Source of the DNA: Candidatus Woesearchaeota archaeon
GTDB taxonomy: Archaea; Nanobdellota; Nanobdellia; SCGC-AAA011-G17; JACPIM01
Assembly (NCBI GenBank): GCA_016188045.1
Contig: JACPIM010000006.1
Location: 26,137 to 90,136, forward strand
Reading direction: 5' to 3'
Length of the DNA: 64,000 bases
Both the position numbers and the translations under genes were made by a program. The notes beneath the pieces were generated by a model. The model did not search any database. It was not told the origin of the DNA and worked only from the letters and a program-made list of their open reading frames with translations. How positions within the stretch are numbered: the stretch's first letter is position 1; each line of letters starts with the position of its first letter. This document shows positions 1 through 9,512 of the stretch, in pieces.

Positions 1-33
1 GTAGTAAATTTTATAAATACTTATTTTCTACTT

Positions 34-666
34 TTGCAGAAAATGAACAACCAGTCTACATTTGGTGGATTTAAAGAGCCAGGATTTAATGTAAATGATT
101 TAGTAGGAAAGCCAATTTGTTTCTATTTAGAAGGGGGCTATTTATATGGTGTTTTAAAAGAGGTAAGTGACTCAAATTTGGTAGTTATTGAAAGACCTGC
201 CGTTCGTATAGGTCAGAGAGGATTAGAATCATACATAGAAAGCAGACCAACACTATTTCCAATAAACAGAGCATTATCAATAAGAGAAGCATCACAAGAA
301 GAATTAGACAATGATAAATTATCTTTAGTTCAATTTGAAAGGTATCGTGATAAACCAGTAATTGTTAGAGATGGAGGAAAAAATAGTTTTGGTATACTAC
401 ACTGCATCTGGTCTGCAAACGCAGTAACTTTATTGCCATCATTAGTGCCAAAATATTGTCTTTATGGAGAATATTTAGAATGGGACAATACAAGACCACA
501 TTATGTTGCTGGTGTGATAGATATACTTGAGACAACTAAAGAAAATTTACAAAGAGTAGTAGATTCAAGTTTTAATGAATATAATCTACTAGCTAGAAGA
601 GCAGTATTAGAAGAACAAAAATTAAGAGAAGAAGAAAAAAGATTAGGCAATAAAGATAAGCAATAA
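34..666 (+). CDS. hypothetical protein; N-terminal segment resembles an Sm/LSm fold (LEGGYLYGVLKEVSDSNLVVIE)
   Basis: 210-aa ORF with a Gly/hydrophobic pattern like Sm1/Sm2 motifs. No catalytic motifs seen. The annotation is speculative. Confidence 0.35.
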   Translation: MQKMNNQSTFGGFKEPGFNVNDLVGKPICFYLEGGYLYGVLKEVSDSNLVVIERPAVRIGQRGLESYIESRPTLFPINRALSIREASQEELDNDKLSLVQFERYRDKPVIVRDGGKNSFGILHCIWSANAVTLLPSLVPKYCLYGEYLEWDNTRPHYVAGVIDILETTKENLQRVVDSSFNEYNLLARRAVLEEQKLREEEKRLGNKDKQ

Positions 667-738
667 CCTTTATAAATAATCTAATTTTAGGAAGATGATA
701 AGAAACGTAGTTTATTATATTTAGGAGGTATTTTATAC

Positions 739-3484
739 GTGATTACAAAACTAAAAAAAATAGACAATATAGAAAAAGCTCAGCCAGAAATTAACATTGG
801 TATGGTTGGACAATAAGTAAGCAAAAGCTTCTTAAGCCAAAGACGTAGACCATGGTAAATGTCTGGCAGCAGATGAAAAAATATTAATAAATAACAGATT
901 AATAGATGGTAGTGAATTAATCCAAAAAGCAAAAACCAATGGAAAATTAGTTTGGAAAAAAGATAATGAAGAGTTATATGATATAAAAGACCTTTATACA
1001 TACTCGTTAGATAGAGAATTTAAAATAAAAAGAACAAAAGCAAAATTATTCTTGCAAAAATATAATGGTAGATTATTAGAAATAACGACCGAGGGCGGAA
1101 GGCAGATTAAATTAACAAAGAACCATCCACTATTAAAAAATAATTTGGAGTGGATTCCTTCTTATAAATTAAAAAAAGGAGACAAAATAGCCATATCTAA
1201 TATAAGAGTGCCTAGCAAAAAGATAAAGTTCTGTGATTGGGAGCAGAAATTAAAAAAGAAGTGGTATTTTTTAACATATACAGAGTATATAAATCTAAAA
1301 AAAATAACCAATAATTTTGCAGATTTCTCTAAATGTTCAGCAAAAGATTTTAATGATTTAAGAATATTAATTAATTTAAGATATAAAGAAATAGCAAAAA
1401 ATACAAAGTTTTCATATTCTTGGGTTACTAAGATATTAAGGCAGGAGAAGAAACTAACCACAAAGCTCATTAATAGGCTAAACAATTATTTTAAAAAAAT
1501 AGATAAGAATAAATTTAAAATAGAAAAAAATGAAATAGTAGTTCAAACAGAAAAACATCCAGAAAGAGTATCTTGTAGATTTAAGGATACAAAAATAGAT
1601 GTAGACGTAGTAAAATGGTTTTCTCTATTACATGCAGAAGGCTACGCAAGAGATAAAGGGTTAGTGGTTGTTCAAAAAAATTACCCTCAAATTTTAAAAG
1701 AATTTATAAAGATATCAGAAGAAAAATTCGGAATTAAGTTTGGTAAAATTTCAAAAGACAAAAATAATGTTACTAGATTTGAGGTATATTCATACCCATT
1801 TATTGACTATTTGAAATATAAATTTAATCTAAAACTAGGTCCATCCAAAGAATCAACAATATGCAACTGGGTTTTATCATTAAACAAAGCTAGTCAAGCC
1901 GTATTCTTAAAATATTTTTTTGGCACAGAAGGTTCTGTTAACGAAAGGGGGAATCAAATACGGTTATGTCAAGTAAATAAAACCAATCTAAATATCCTTT
2001 CTGTTTTATTAAATAATTTTAGTATAAATCATAGATTTCATAATTTGATAAGAAAAAATAAGAAGAATATAGAGTATTACGTAACTATTTCGGGCAAAGA
2101 TAATTTTTATAAATTTACTAAAGAAATTGGTTTTTTTGATAAAGAAAAAGAAATAAAAGTTAAGAAATACCTAAAAAAACTAGGAAATAAACTATTTTTA
2201 ACTAAGTTCGATAATAAATATAAGAATATAACGTTCGATAAAATTAGAAATATAAAGAAGATTAACTATAATGATTATTTAGTTGACCTAGTAGTGCCAA
2301 AATATCATAATTTTTTTGCAGGTTACGGTGGTATACTGTGTCACAATACTACTCTTTTATATGCCCTTACTGGTCGTTGGACAGATACCCACTCAGAAGA
2401 AATCAAAAGGGGTATTACAATCAGATTAGGCTACGCAGACGCCATTATCTATAAAGATAAAAATATTTTCACAAATAAAAAAACAAAAACATCAAAACCA
2501 GTAAGAAAAGTTTCTTTTGTAGATGCTCCAGGACACGAATCTTTAATGGCTACGATGTTGGCAGGTTCAGCAATAATGGATGCAGCTATTTTATTGGTTG
2601 CAGCCAACGAAACTTGCCCTCAACCACAGACTAAAGAACACCTAATGGCTTTGGAGATTATAGGTGTTAAAAACATAATCATAGTTCAAAATAAAATAGA
2701 TTTAGTAACAGAAGAGCAAGCTAAAAAAAATTATGAGGAGATTAAAAATTTCATTAAAGGAACAATAGCGGAAAATTCTCAAATAATCCCAATTTCAGCA
2801 CAGCATAATGTTAACATAGATGTTTTATTAGAAATGATTGCTAATATCCCAACGCCAAAAAGAGATCCTTTAAAACCGCCATTAATGTTTATAGCAAGAA
2901 GCTTTGATATTAATAAGCCGGGACAAGAAGTAGAAGCTTTAGTTGGTGGTGTTCTAGGGGGTTCATTAAAGCAAGGTAAGCTAAAAGTTAATGACGAAAT
3001 TGAAATTCGTCCAGGCATAAAAGAGATAAGTCATGGAAAAGTTAAATGGGTTCCATTAAGAACAAAAATAGCTGACTTAAAGACCGGTGGTTTGTCAGTA
3101 AAAGAAGTTCAGCCCGGAGGTTCAATAGGATTGTTAACAGAACTAGATCCATCTTTAGTTAAATCAGATTCTTTATCAGGTAATATATTGGGTTATCCAG
3201 ATAATTTGCCAGAAGTTTATTATGAATTAAATTTAAAATCTCATTTATTAGACAGAGTTATAGGAACAAAAGAAGAACTTAAAGTAGAGCCAATAAAAAA
3301 AGCAGAATCTTTGTTATTAAACGTAAACTCAACAACAACCGTAGGTGTAGTAACGGAATTAAAAAAAGATCATTTCCATGCAATATTAAAATTGCCAATC
3401 TGTGCTTCAAAAACAGATAGAATTACCATTTCTAGGATTTTGGGCGGAAGATTTAGATTAATTGGTTATGCTGAAATAGTATAA
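739..3484 (+). CDS. eif2g: translation initiation factor aIF2 gamma subunit, interrupted by a 31-nt intervening sequence and a 496-aa intein
   Basis: Frame 1 encodes VITKLKKIDNIEKAQPEINIGMVG from GTG 739, with the SD-like AGGAGGT at 723-729. After a 31-nt insert, frame 2 continues HVDHGK followed by C, the intein start. After HN/T at 2347/2348 it continues TLLYALTGRWTDTHSEEIKRGITIRLGYADA...DAPGHE...NKIDL, a canonical aIF2-gamma/EF-Tu-like GTPase. The mature protein would be about 408 aa. The listed ORF start at 1052 is an internal Met of the intein. Confidence 0.75.
813..843 (+). other. 31-nt intervening sequence splitting the His codon of the GHVDHGK P-loop (putative mRNA intron or recoding site)
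   Basis: Removing 813..843 (equivalently 812..842) joins gga ca|c gta gac cat ggt aaa into MVGHVDHGK. The insert contains in-frame stops (taa, tag) and the palindromes AAGCTT and CTTAAG. Confidence 0.5.
860..2347 (+). other. intein in aIF2-gamma with a LAGLIDADG-type homing endonuclease domain
   Basis: Starts Cys (CLAADEKILINNRLIDGSEL, Hint block A) immediately after GHVDHGK. Central LLHAEGYARDKG and KYFFGTEGSV motifs match LAGLIDADG. Ends VPKYHNFFAGYGGILCHN followed by Thr(+1). Confidence 0.7.
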
Positions 3485-3520
3485 CAAGATATTTAAATAA
3501 ATAATAGTTATATAATTAAT

Positions 3521-3916
3521 ATGAGAAAAGAAATAGAAAATTGGTGGAAACAGGCAGAGGCAGACCTTAACTCAGCAAAGAATAGTTTCAATAGTAAGGA
3601 CTATTATGTCTGTGCATTTTTATGTCAGCAGGCAGTTGAAAAGGCGCTAAAGGCTTTACTTTTTAAGAAAGGATTTGAATTAATAAAAACACATGATTTA
3701 GTTCTATTAGCAAAAAAAATAAATGCACCGGATAATATTATTCAGTTATGTAAGATTCTAACGCCAGTTTATATTGAAACTAGATATCCTAACATTGATC
3801 AAGACGGATTTAAAAAATTTACCAAAGAAGAGACCAAAGAAGAGACCAAAGAAGAGACCAAAGAAGATATTAAGACTGCAGAGGAGATTATAAAATGGAC
3901 AAAAAAAAATCTATAA
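3521..3916 (+). CDS. HEPN domain protein (COG2250-type, TRYPN motif) with a C-terminal KEET tandem repeat
   Basis: QQAVEKALKALL and IETRYPN motifs are typical of the HEPN partner in HEPN/MNT pairs. The gene overlaps the downstream MNT gene. Confidence 0.6.
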   Translation: MRKEIENWWKQAEADLNSAKNSFNSKDYYVCAFLCQQAVEKALKALLFKKGFELIKTHDLVLLAKKINAPDNIIQLCKILTPVYIETRYPNIDQDGFKKFTKEETKEETKEETKEDIKTAEEIIKWTKKNL

Positions 3917-4212
3917 TAAATCAACTTAGAGAATTTAAATTAAAAACCAGCCATGAATTGCCTATAAAGAATATGTATCTATTTGGATCAAGAGCAAGGG
4001 GGAAGGCACATAGATGGAGTGATGTAGATTTGATAATAGTTTCAAAAAAGTTTAAAAAACTAACCTTTAGAAAGAGGGTTACAAAAATGTATGATTACTG
4101 GTATTTGGACTATCCAGTAGATTTTCTTTGTTACACTCCAGAAGAATTTGAAAGAAAAAAGAAAGAATATGGAATTGTAAAACAAGCGGTTAAAGAGGGT
4201 ATTGAGTTATAA
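3895..4212 (+). CDS. minimal nucleotidyltransferase (MNT), partner of the HEPN protein
   Basis: LFGSRARGKAHRWSDVDLIIV matches the Pol-beta NTase GSx9-13DxD motif. It overlaps the HEPN gene by 22 nt. Confidence 0.65.
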   Translation: MDKKKSIINQLREFKLKTSHELPIKNMYLFGSRARGKAHRWSDVDLIIVSKKFKKLTFRKRVTKMYDYWYLDYPVDFLCYTPEEFERKKKEYGIVKQAVKEGIEL

Positions 4213-4275
4213 CTATTAAAAAAATGAAATTTTTAGATTGCTTGGCTATGCTCTAATATTATCTAAGGCCTATTA

Positions 4276-4656
4276 TTAATTTTCATAAATTCTTGAAACA
4301 TAATCTTCAATATTGCCCTTCTTTCTTTCCCTTAATGCTTGATCTTGTTTTACTGGCTTCCTTGTTTTTGAAAAATCAATTTCCCTTGGAGCTATTGGAG
4401 TATCATAAGATTCAAATAAATATCTATAATCTGTTCCAATAACCTTTCCTTCACTTCTTCTAATTCTTTCAACAAACCCATATTTCTGCATTTGTTCAAG
4501 CAATCTTTCAATTGTAGTTTCCCTGCTTTTATCATCAATAACTACAATATGGTATCTTACAAGTCCATATTCAGGAGAAATTTCCCAATTCCATCTAACA
4601 TGCCTTTCTCTATTACTTATTTTTATAGCTTTTGAAGTTTCAGTCTGGATTTTCAT
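4276..4656 (-). CDS. hypothetical protein
   Basis: 126-aa ORF with no recognisable motif. Confidence 0.3.
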   Translation of the reverse strand: MKIQTETSKAIKISNRERHVRWNWEISPEYGLVRYHIVVIDDKSRETTIERLLEQMQKYGFVERIRRSEGKVIGTDYRYLFESYDTPIAPREIDFSKTRKPVKQDQALRERKKGNIEDYVSRIYEN

Positions 4657-4700
4657 TTTAACCTCTAGTTATATATAAAAACAAATAGATAAATTTATGA

Positions 4701-4716
4701 GGTGATAATATTCACC
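4701..4716. promoter_or_regulatory. inverted repeat GGTGATAATATTCACC upstream of a TATA-like box of the TrmB-like gene; candidate operator
   Basis: Perfect 5-bp arms GGTGA/TCACC with a 6-nt spacer. AGATTATATAG follows at 4721-4731, about 27 nt before ATG 4752, which implies a leaderless mRNA. Confidence 0.3.
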
Positions 4717-4751
4717 ACAAAGATTATATAGTTTTAAATATTTATGAAAGT

Positions 4752-5462
4752 ATGAATAAAGAAATTTTAAAAGAAATTGGTTTAACAGAGAATGAATCTA
4801 AGGTTTATCTTGCTTTGTTAGAGTTAGGACCTAGTTTGGCTGGTCAAATATCAAGAAAAACAGGGTTGCACAGAAGAACAGTTTATGACACAACAGAAAG
4901 GTTAATCGAGAAAGGCTTAATTGGTTATATCTTAAAAAATAATAGAAGAGTTTTCGAATCAAGTTCTCCTAAAAGATTTCTTGAAGTTATAAAAGAGAAA
5001 GAAAATTCAATAAATGAGATTTTACCAGAACTATTATCTTCTTATACTAAAACAAGAGAAAAACAAGAAACTAATTTTTATAATGGCAAAGAAGGAATAA
5101 AAACGGTTTTAGAAGATCAAATAGAGACAGGAAAAGAGATATTGATTTTAGGAGCGAGTTCTTTAGCTTACGAAGTTTTACAATTTTATTTTAAATGGTT
5201 TGATAAAAGAAGAAAAGAAAAAAAGATAAAAGCTAGAATAATTTTCAGTAAAAATATAAAAAAAATAAATATTCCGTTTGCAGAAATTCGTTATCTTCCA
5301 GAAAAATATTCATCTCCCTTGGCAATTAATATTTATAGTGATAAAGTTGCCATAATATTATGGAGCAAGGAGTCTCCAATAGCAATAGTTATAAAAAATA
5401 AAGAGATTTCAGAAGGATATAGAAAATATTTTGAGTTGGTTTGGAAAAATGCTGGAAGATAA
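4752..5462 (+). CDS. TrmB-family winged-helix transcriptional regulator
   Basis: N-terminal LTENESKVYLALLELGPSLAGQISRKTGLHRRTVYDTTERLIEKGLI matches the TrmB HTH. A paralog lies at 39712..40452. Confidence 0.6.
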   Translation: MNKEILKEIGLTENESKVYLALLELGPSLAGQISRKTGLHRRTVYDTTERLIEKGLIGYILKNNRRVFESSSPKRFLEVIKEKENSINEILPELLSSYTKTREKQETNFYNGKEGIKTVLEDQIETGKEILILGASSLAYEVLQFYFKWFDKRRKEKKIKARIIFSKNIKKINIPFAEIRYLPEKYSSPLAINIYSDKVAIILWSKESPIAIVIKNKEISEGYRKYFELVWKNAGR

Positions 5463-5463
5463 A

Positions 5464-6000
5464 TTATTTGTAATAAAAATACCCCTTGCATCCATTTGGT
5501 AATTTTGAAGGTTTTCTATGTTTAATCATATCTTGAGAAACTGCTTCGCCTCCAAACCATAAAGGAGAGAAGTCAATTGGAACACCATCAAGTTCTTTTT
5601 CATCTGTTCCTATTTCTAAAGCTTTTGTTAAATTTCCAGGACCATGAACACGTTCTCTCAATCCAACTTTATCGTATATATCTCCAGAAATAAACGTCAC
5701 ACAAGAAGGAAATCCTGTCTCTAGAGTTGCTACTCCTAAAACTTTTTTAGCATGTCTTGTTATAACTATTAAACTGCCAGGAGCATACAAAGTTTCTTTT
5801 GCCATATCTCTATCGTCCTCCCAAGGTGCGACTTCTGTTAATCTTGCATATAATTGAGCTTTTCCTTCGCGCTCTCTAACTAGTACTCTTCCTAATAGCT
5901 CTTTTGCAACTTCTTCAGCAGGCCTTGCAAAAAACTTTCTATCTAATGCCTCGCTTCTTTGGGGAATATAATATTCTTCAATAGATTTATTGGGTACCAT
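5464..6000 (-). CDS. 3-methyladenine (methylpurine) DNA glycosylase, Mpg/AAG family-like
   Basis: FFARPAEEVAKELLGRVLV ... EVAPW ... PGNLTKALEI resembles the MPG N-terminus and core. GC and Arg/Ala content are higher than the surrounding genes. Confidence 0.5.
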   Translation of the reverse strand: MVPNKSIEEYYIPQRSEALDRKFFARPAEEVAKELLGRVLVREREGKAQLYARLTEVAPWEDDRDMAKETLYAPGSLIVITRHAKKVLGVATLETGFPSCVTFISGDIYDKVGLRERVHGPGNLTKALEIGTDEKELDGVPIDFSPLWFGGEAVSQDMIKHRKPSKLPNGCKGYFYYK

Positions 6001-6044
6001 TTTATAACTATACAGTAGTCATATAAAGTAAGCTTTATAAACCT

Positions 6045-9000
6045 TTGTGCGATGTATTTTTCATGGAAAAACAAAAGAAATATGCTAATTTTCAAGAGTC
6101 ATGCGAACTAAAAGCAAGAGAAGGGACTCCAGCCGAAAGAGCAGAAGCAAGAAAGTATCTAAAGCCTGGCAAGGTATCTCTAAAACTAGCTCTTGATGCT
6201 GAAAGGAGAAAGTTAGAAAGAGCTACAACTGCAAATGATATTGCATTAATTGAAAGATATGGAAATAATATAGAAAAAGCTGAAGAAATAGGAATGAGAA
6301 CAGGAGAGCTTGAATTGACTTATGAGGGGGCAGAAAGAATTTACAAAAAAGTTAAGCAAATGGTTAAAGAAGCAGGTGTTAGGTCAAACACTGATTATTT
6401 AGGAATGTTTGATGTTTTTGACCCAATAACTGAACAAGACTTCATATCTACAGGAATGCTTTGCCTTGTTCCAGAAGTTAGGGAAATAGTAATGAATAAT
6501 GCAAGCACATTGTACAGGATAGCTTTAACAGCTAATTCTCGAAGAAGTTCGGGTTATGCCTTGCCTACTAGACATAAATCAGAAAGATCTTTTGAAGATA
6601 TGATCAATTCTCCAATTAGAACAATCTATTCTTCCTTGCCCAAACCAAAAGATGAAACAGAAGAAGAATTTCAAAGAAAATTAAAAGTTTTGCTGGACAA
6701 AAAAGTAGAAAGAGAAACCTTTCCTTTATTTAGAGATGCTCCTAAAAAAGCAATAGAAACTTTAGATAGAAAAATAACTGAAACAGAAAATGAAGGCTTA
6801 AGAGAAGCATATCAAAGATTACAAGGAACTTATAAGGGCTACTTGGATTTTAAATTAGAAGGAACAAATTTCAATTTTAGAGACCCAAGAACAGGAGAAC
6901 GTGGAGTTCTTCCTTCTTTGCATCAAAGAAGTGCCTTATATCATTTAATGAAAGAGCAAAAATTGGGAATTTTTGATGGATGTGGGACAGGAAAAACTGC
7001 AATAGCAACTTTAGCTCAACCATTAATTGAAAAACAGACTGGAAAAAAACCAAAAGTTCTTGTTGTAGTCGGTACAAATCAGGCAAAAAAAGCATGGAAA
7101 AAAGGGCTTGTTGGAGATAGTTCTCAAAGATACCTATCTGAACCTCAAAATGTTTTTGTGGTCAATGGAGAAAGAAAAGATAACAGATTTATGGAAGAAA
7201 TTGAAAAAGCAGATTGGGTTGTAATGAATAAAGAACAGTTGATTGTTAAGTCAAATGGAGGAGAAAGATTATTTTATGAAGATTTAAGAGATATGGACTT
7301 TGATTATTTTATTTGTGATGAAGCTCATCATATAAAATCACATAGAAAAACAACCAAAGGAGGCAGGCCCACATTAAGCATAGCTGCCCAAGAATTAGCT
7401 AAAAGTGCAAGATATGTAGCTTTATTGACTGCTTCGCCTATTGCAGACAGGTTAAATGATTATGGAGTGTTAGCAAGCATTCTTCAGCCAGAAAGATTTC
7501 CAACTCCTCAAAGTTTAGCAGAAAAAATAAGGCAAAATCCAAGAGAATTATATACCTTTTTTCATGAAAAAACAGTAAGAAGAACTTCTGAAGAAATTAA
7601 TGAAGAACTAGATTGGGAAGAGCGAGAAATTCCCATAGAAATGACTCCTGTTCAAGAAAAAATATACAGGCATCTTGAATTAGAACAGCCAGAGCAGTTT
7701 TTACAGCAAGCAACAAAAGCTCTTCTTGATCCAAGGCTTGTTGACCCTGAAGTTTTAAGAAGAGCGGGAGTTTTAGGAGAAGTTGGAATAGAAAGCTCTG
7801 CGAAGTATAAAAGATTAGAAGAAATACTTACTTCTGATAAGAGCCCTATAACAAGAGGAGAAAAGTTTGTTATTTTTACAGAATTAAGAGAAGGAGTTAC
7901 AGAACAAGAGCATGAATATTTAAGAAAACGTTATGAAGAAATAGGCCATCCGGAACTTTATGCTCAACTGCAATTAAATTTAACTCTTGACAGGATAATA
8001 GAGAGAGCTATTCAAAAAAAGTTTGGCAAAGAGTTAAAAGTAAGAGTTTTAGATGGTTCAATAACAGACATAGAAGAAAAAGAAAGGATAGTAGATAGAT
8101 TAACTCAAGATTTAGCTGGATTGGTCTGCACAACAGATACGGGAGGAGAAAGCCTTGATTTTAGCTCAGCGAGTTATGCTGCATTTTTAAGTGAAGATTG
8201 CGCCCCTAAAACTTCAGAGCAAGCTTTGTCAAGGCTATTAAGAAAAGGGCAATCTAAAAAAGTTAGAATAGATTATTTTCGTGTTCCAGATTCTCTTGAT
8301 ACAAAAATTAGAGATTATGTTGAGGCAAAAAGAATAGTAATAAAAATTGCTACAGACGGCCACAGCTTGCTTGAAAAAGAGCTAGAGCTGCTTGAAACTT
8401 CTGGAAGAGAAAGATTAATTGAAATGGTAAAAAAAAGCGTTGGCGGAACATCTATAGACACTTATAAGGCTGAAGTCAAAGAATTAGATGATTTTGAAAC
8501 TAAAAAAAGAGTGAAGAAAGGCAAAAGAAGCAGAAGCATAATAACTGCAAGTGATTATGAAACAACAGATGCTCAAAGAGTCAATCAATTAATAGGACAG
8601 AATCCAGTAAGCTGTTGGTTTAACCAAGAATTTGTTGATTTTTACATGAGAACTTTACCAAATCTTTCTCCTCCAGTTGTTCATAAAGCAAGAGTTATTG
8701 ATTTAATAAAAAGAGCAAAAGAAAGACAAGTTGTTTTTCCAAAAAATGTTTTAGCAGAAGCTTCTGGACCTTCAATGCTTTATGAATCTTACCAAGAACT
8801 TTCTCATTTAATAGCTCAAGCAGGAAATTCAATTCCTGAAGTTACAGACAGAGATATTTCTGCTTTAATGTTAGAAAGAGGAAAGAATTCAAGAAAAATA
8901 CTCGGAAATATGAATGGAGATGCAAGCGCAATTACAGACAGAAGCTTTGACATGGTTGACAATGGCTCTCTTCTTTTATTGCCAAGTCCTATTGAAATCA

Positions 9001-9512
9001 AAAAAACATTGTTAGAGTCTCATAGAGTTTTGAAAGAGCAAGGTTTATTGGAATTAGTTTTAAAAAATACAAAATTCTCTGATTCATTTTACTCTGGACT
9101 TGAGAGTTTAGGATTTGAAATTGTTTCAGATAAAAATACAGGCTTTGCAGTTTCTCGAGATTTCTTGAGAAGGCTAAAAGAAACTCATGGAGGGCATTAT
9201 GCAGAAAGTTATGCTTCTAAATTAGAAGATACATACATGCTCTTAGCAAGAAAAGTTGATAATCCAATAGATGTTGATGCAGATGCTTTTAGTTTTGAGC
9301 CTCTTGAAAACAATTCTGGAGAAGAGCCAGAAAGCGCAAGAGATCCAAGTGAATCAAGAAGCATAATGATAGCCAAAGGCAGAGACTATCTAAAGCCTAG
9401 AAGAAGATATCCAAAGAAACCCCAGAAAGTCATTACACCTGAAAGAGAAGTCACAGTTGATAAATGGGGAACTGTCATAGATGTGAAGAAGATAGGAGGA
9501 GAAGATGGTTAA
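6045..9512 (+). CDS. large SNF2-like superfamily-2 helicase/ATPase with long N- and C-terminal extensions
   Basis: Motif I GIFDGCGTGKTAIA, motif II ICDEAHHIKS (DEAH), motif III LLTASPIADRLNDYGVLASIL (SNF2-like TGTPxxN spacing), motif V TDTGGESLDF, motif VI QALSRLLRKGQ. Met 6063 is an alternative start. The gene is Arg-rich and GC-richer than the genome. Confidence 0.65.
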   Translation: MCDVFFMEKQKKYANFQESCELKAREGTPAERAEARKYLKPGKVSLKLALDAERRKLERATTANDIALIERYGNNIEKAEEIGMRTGELELTYEGAERIYKKVKQMVKEAGVRSNTDYLGMFDVFDPITEQDFISTGMLCLVPEVREIVMNNASTLYRIALTANSRRSSGYALPTRHKSERSFEDMINSPIRTIYSSLPKPKDETEEEFQRKLKVLLDKKVERETFPLFRDAPKKAIETLDRKITETENEGLREAYQRLQGTYKGYLDFKLEGTNFNFRDPRTGERGVLPSLHQRSALYHLMKEQKLGIFDGCGTGKTAIATLAQPLIEKQTGKKPKVLVVVGTNQAKKAWKKGLVGDSSQRYLSEPQNVFVVNGERKDNRFMEEIEKADWVVMNKEQLIVKSNGGERLFYEDLRDMDFDYFICDEAHHIKSHRKTTKGGRPTLSIAAQELAKSARYVALLTASPIADRLNDYGVLASILQPERFPTPQSLAEKIRQNPRELYTFFHEKTVRRTSEEINEELDWEEREIPIEMTPVQEKIYRHLELEQPEQFLQQATKALLDPRLVDPEVLRRAGVLGEVGIESSAKYKRLEEILTSDKSPITRGEKFVIFTELREGVTEQEHEYLRKRYEEIGHPELYAQLQLNLTLDRIIERAIQKKFGKELKVRVLDGSITDIEEKERIVDRLTQDLAGLVCTTDTGGESLDFSSASYAAFLSEDCAPKTSEQALSRLLRKGQSKKVRIDYFRVPDSLDTKIRDYVEAKRIVIKIATDGHSLLEKELELLETSGRERLIEMVKKSVGGTSIDTYKAEVKELDDFETKKRVKKGKRSRSIITASDYETTDAQRVNQLIGQNPVSCWFNQEFVDFYMRTLPNLSPPVVHKARVIDLIKRAKERQVVFPKNVLAEASGPSMLYESYQELSHLIAQAGNSIPEVTDRDISALMLERGKNSRKILGNMNGDASAITDRSFDMVDNGSLLLLPSPIEIKKTLLESHRVLKEQGLLELVLKNTKFSDSFYSGLESLGFEIVSDKNTGFAVSRDFLRRLKETHGGHYAESYASKLEDTYMLLARKVDNPIDVDADAFSFEPLENNSGEEPESARDPSESRSIMIAKGRDYLKPRRRYPKKPQKVITPEREVTVDKWGTVIDVKKIGGEDG

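Noticed and set aside
780-1001. 73-aa minus-strand ORF across the aIF2-gamma exon/insert region
   Set aside because: It is antisense to the aIF2-gamma N-terminus and intein start and has hydrophobic shadow composition.
1162-1485. Antisense or embedded ORFs from the six-frame track (1162..1485, 2779..3018, 6877..7095, 8816..9001, 10464..10751, 12580..12822, 13434..13658, 14034..14216, 14502..14696, 15418..15630, 16215..16415, 18849..19097, 19593..19970, 21718..21927, 25205..25426, 26115..26363, 28660..28938, 32930..33301, 35534..35917, 36192..36395, 38184..38402, 39171..39431, 40088..40276, 42296..42502, 45293..45529, 45579..45776, 46980..47375, 54377..54655, 54424..54639, 54848..55030, 57022..57243, 58374..58643, 58791..59063, 60600..60914, 62102..62284, 62316..62597)
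   Set aside because: All lie inside or antisense to longer, well-supported genes (or the tRNA/ncRNA region) and have low-complexity or hydrophobic shadow-ORF composition.
3826-3870. Tandem 12-nt repeat (CAAAGAAGAGAC x3.5) that could look like a mini-array
   Set aside because: It lies in frame within the HEPN gene and simply encodes a KEETKEETKEET peptide repeat. There are no spacers and no CRISPR-like structure. No CRISPR array was found anywhere in the window.
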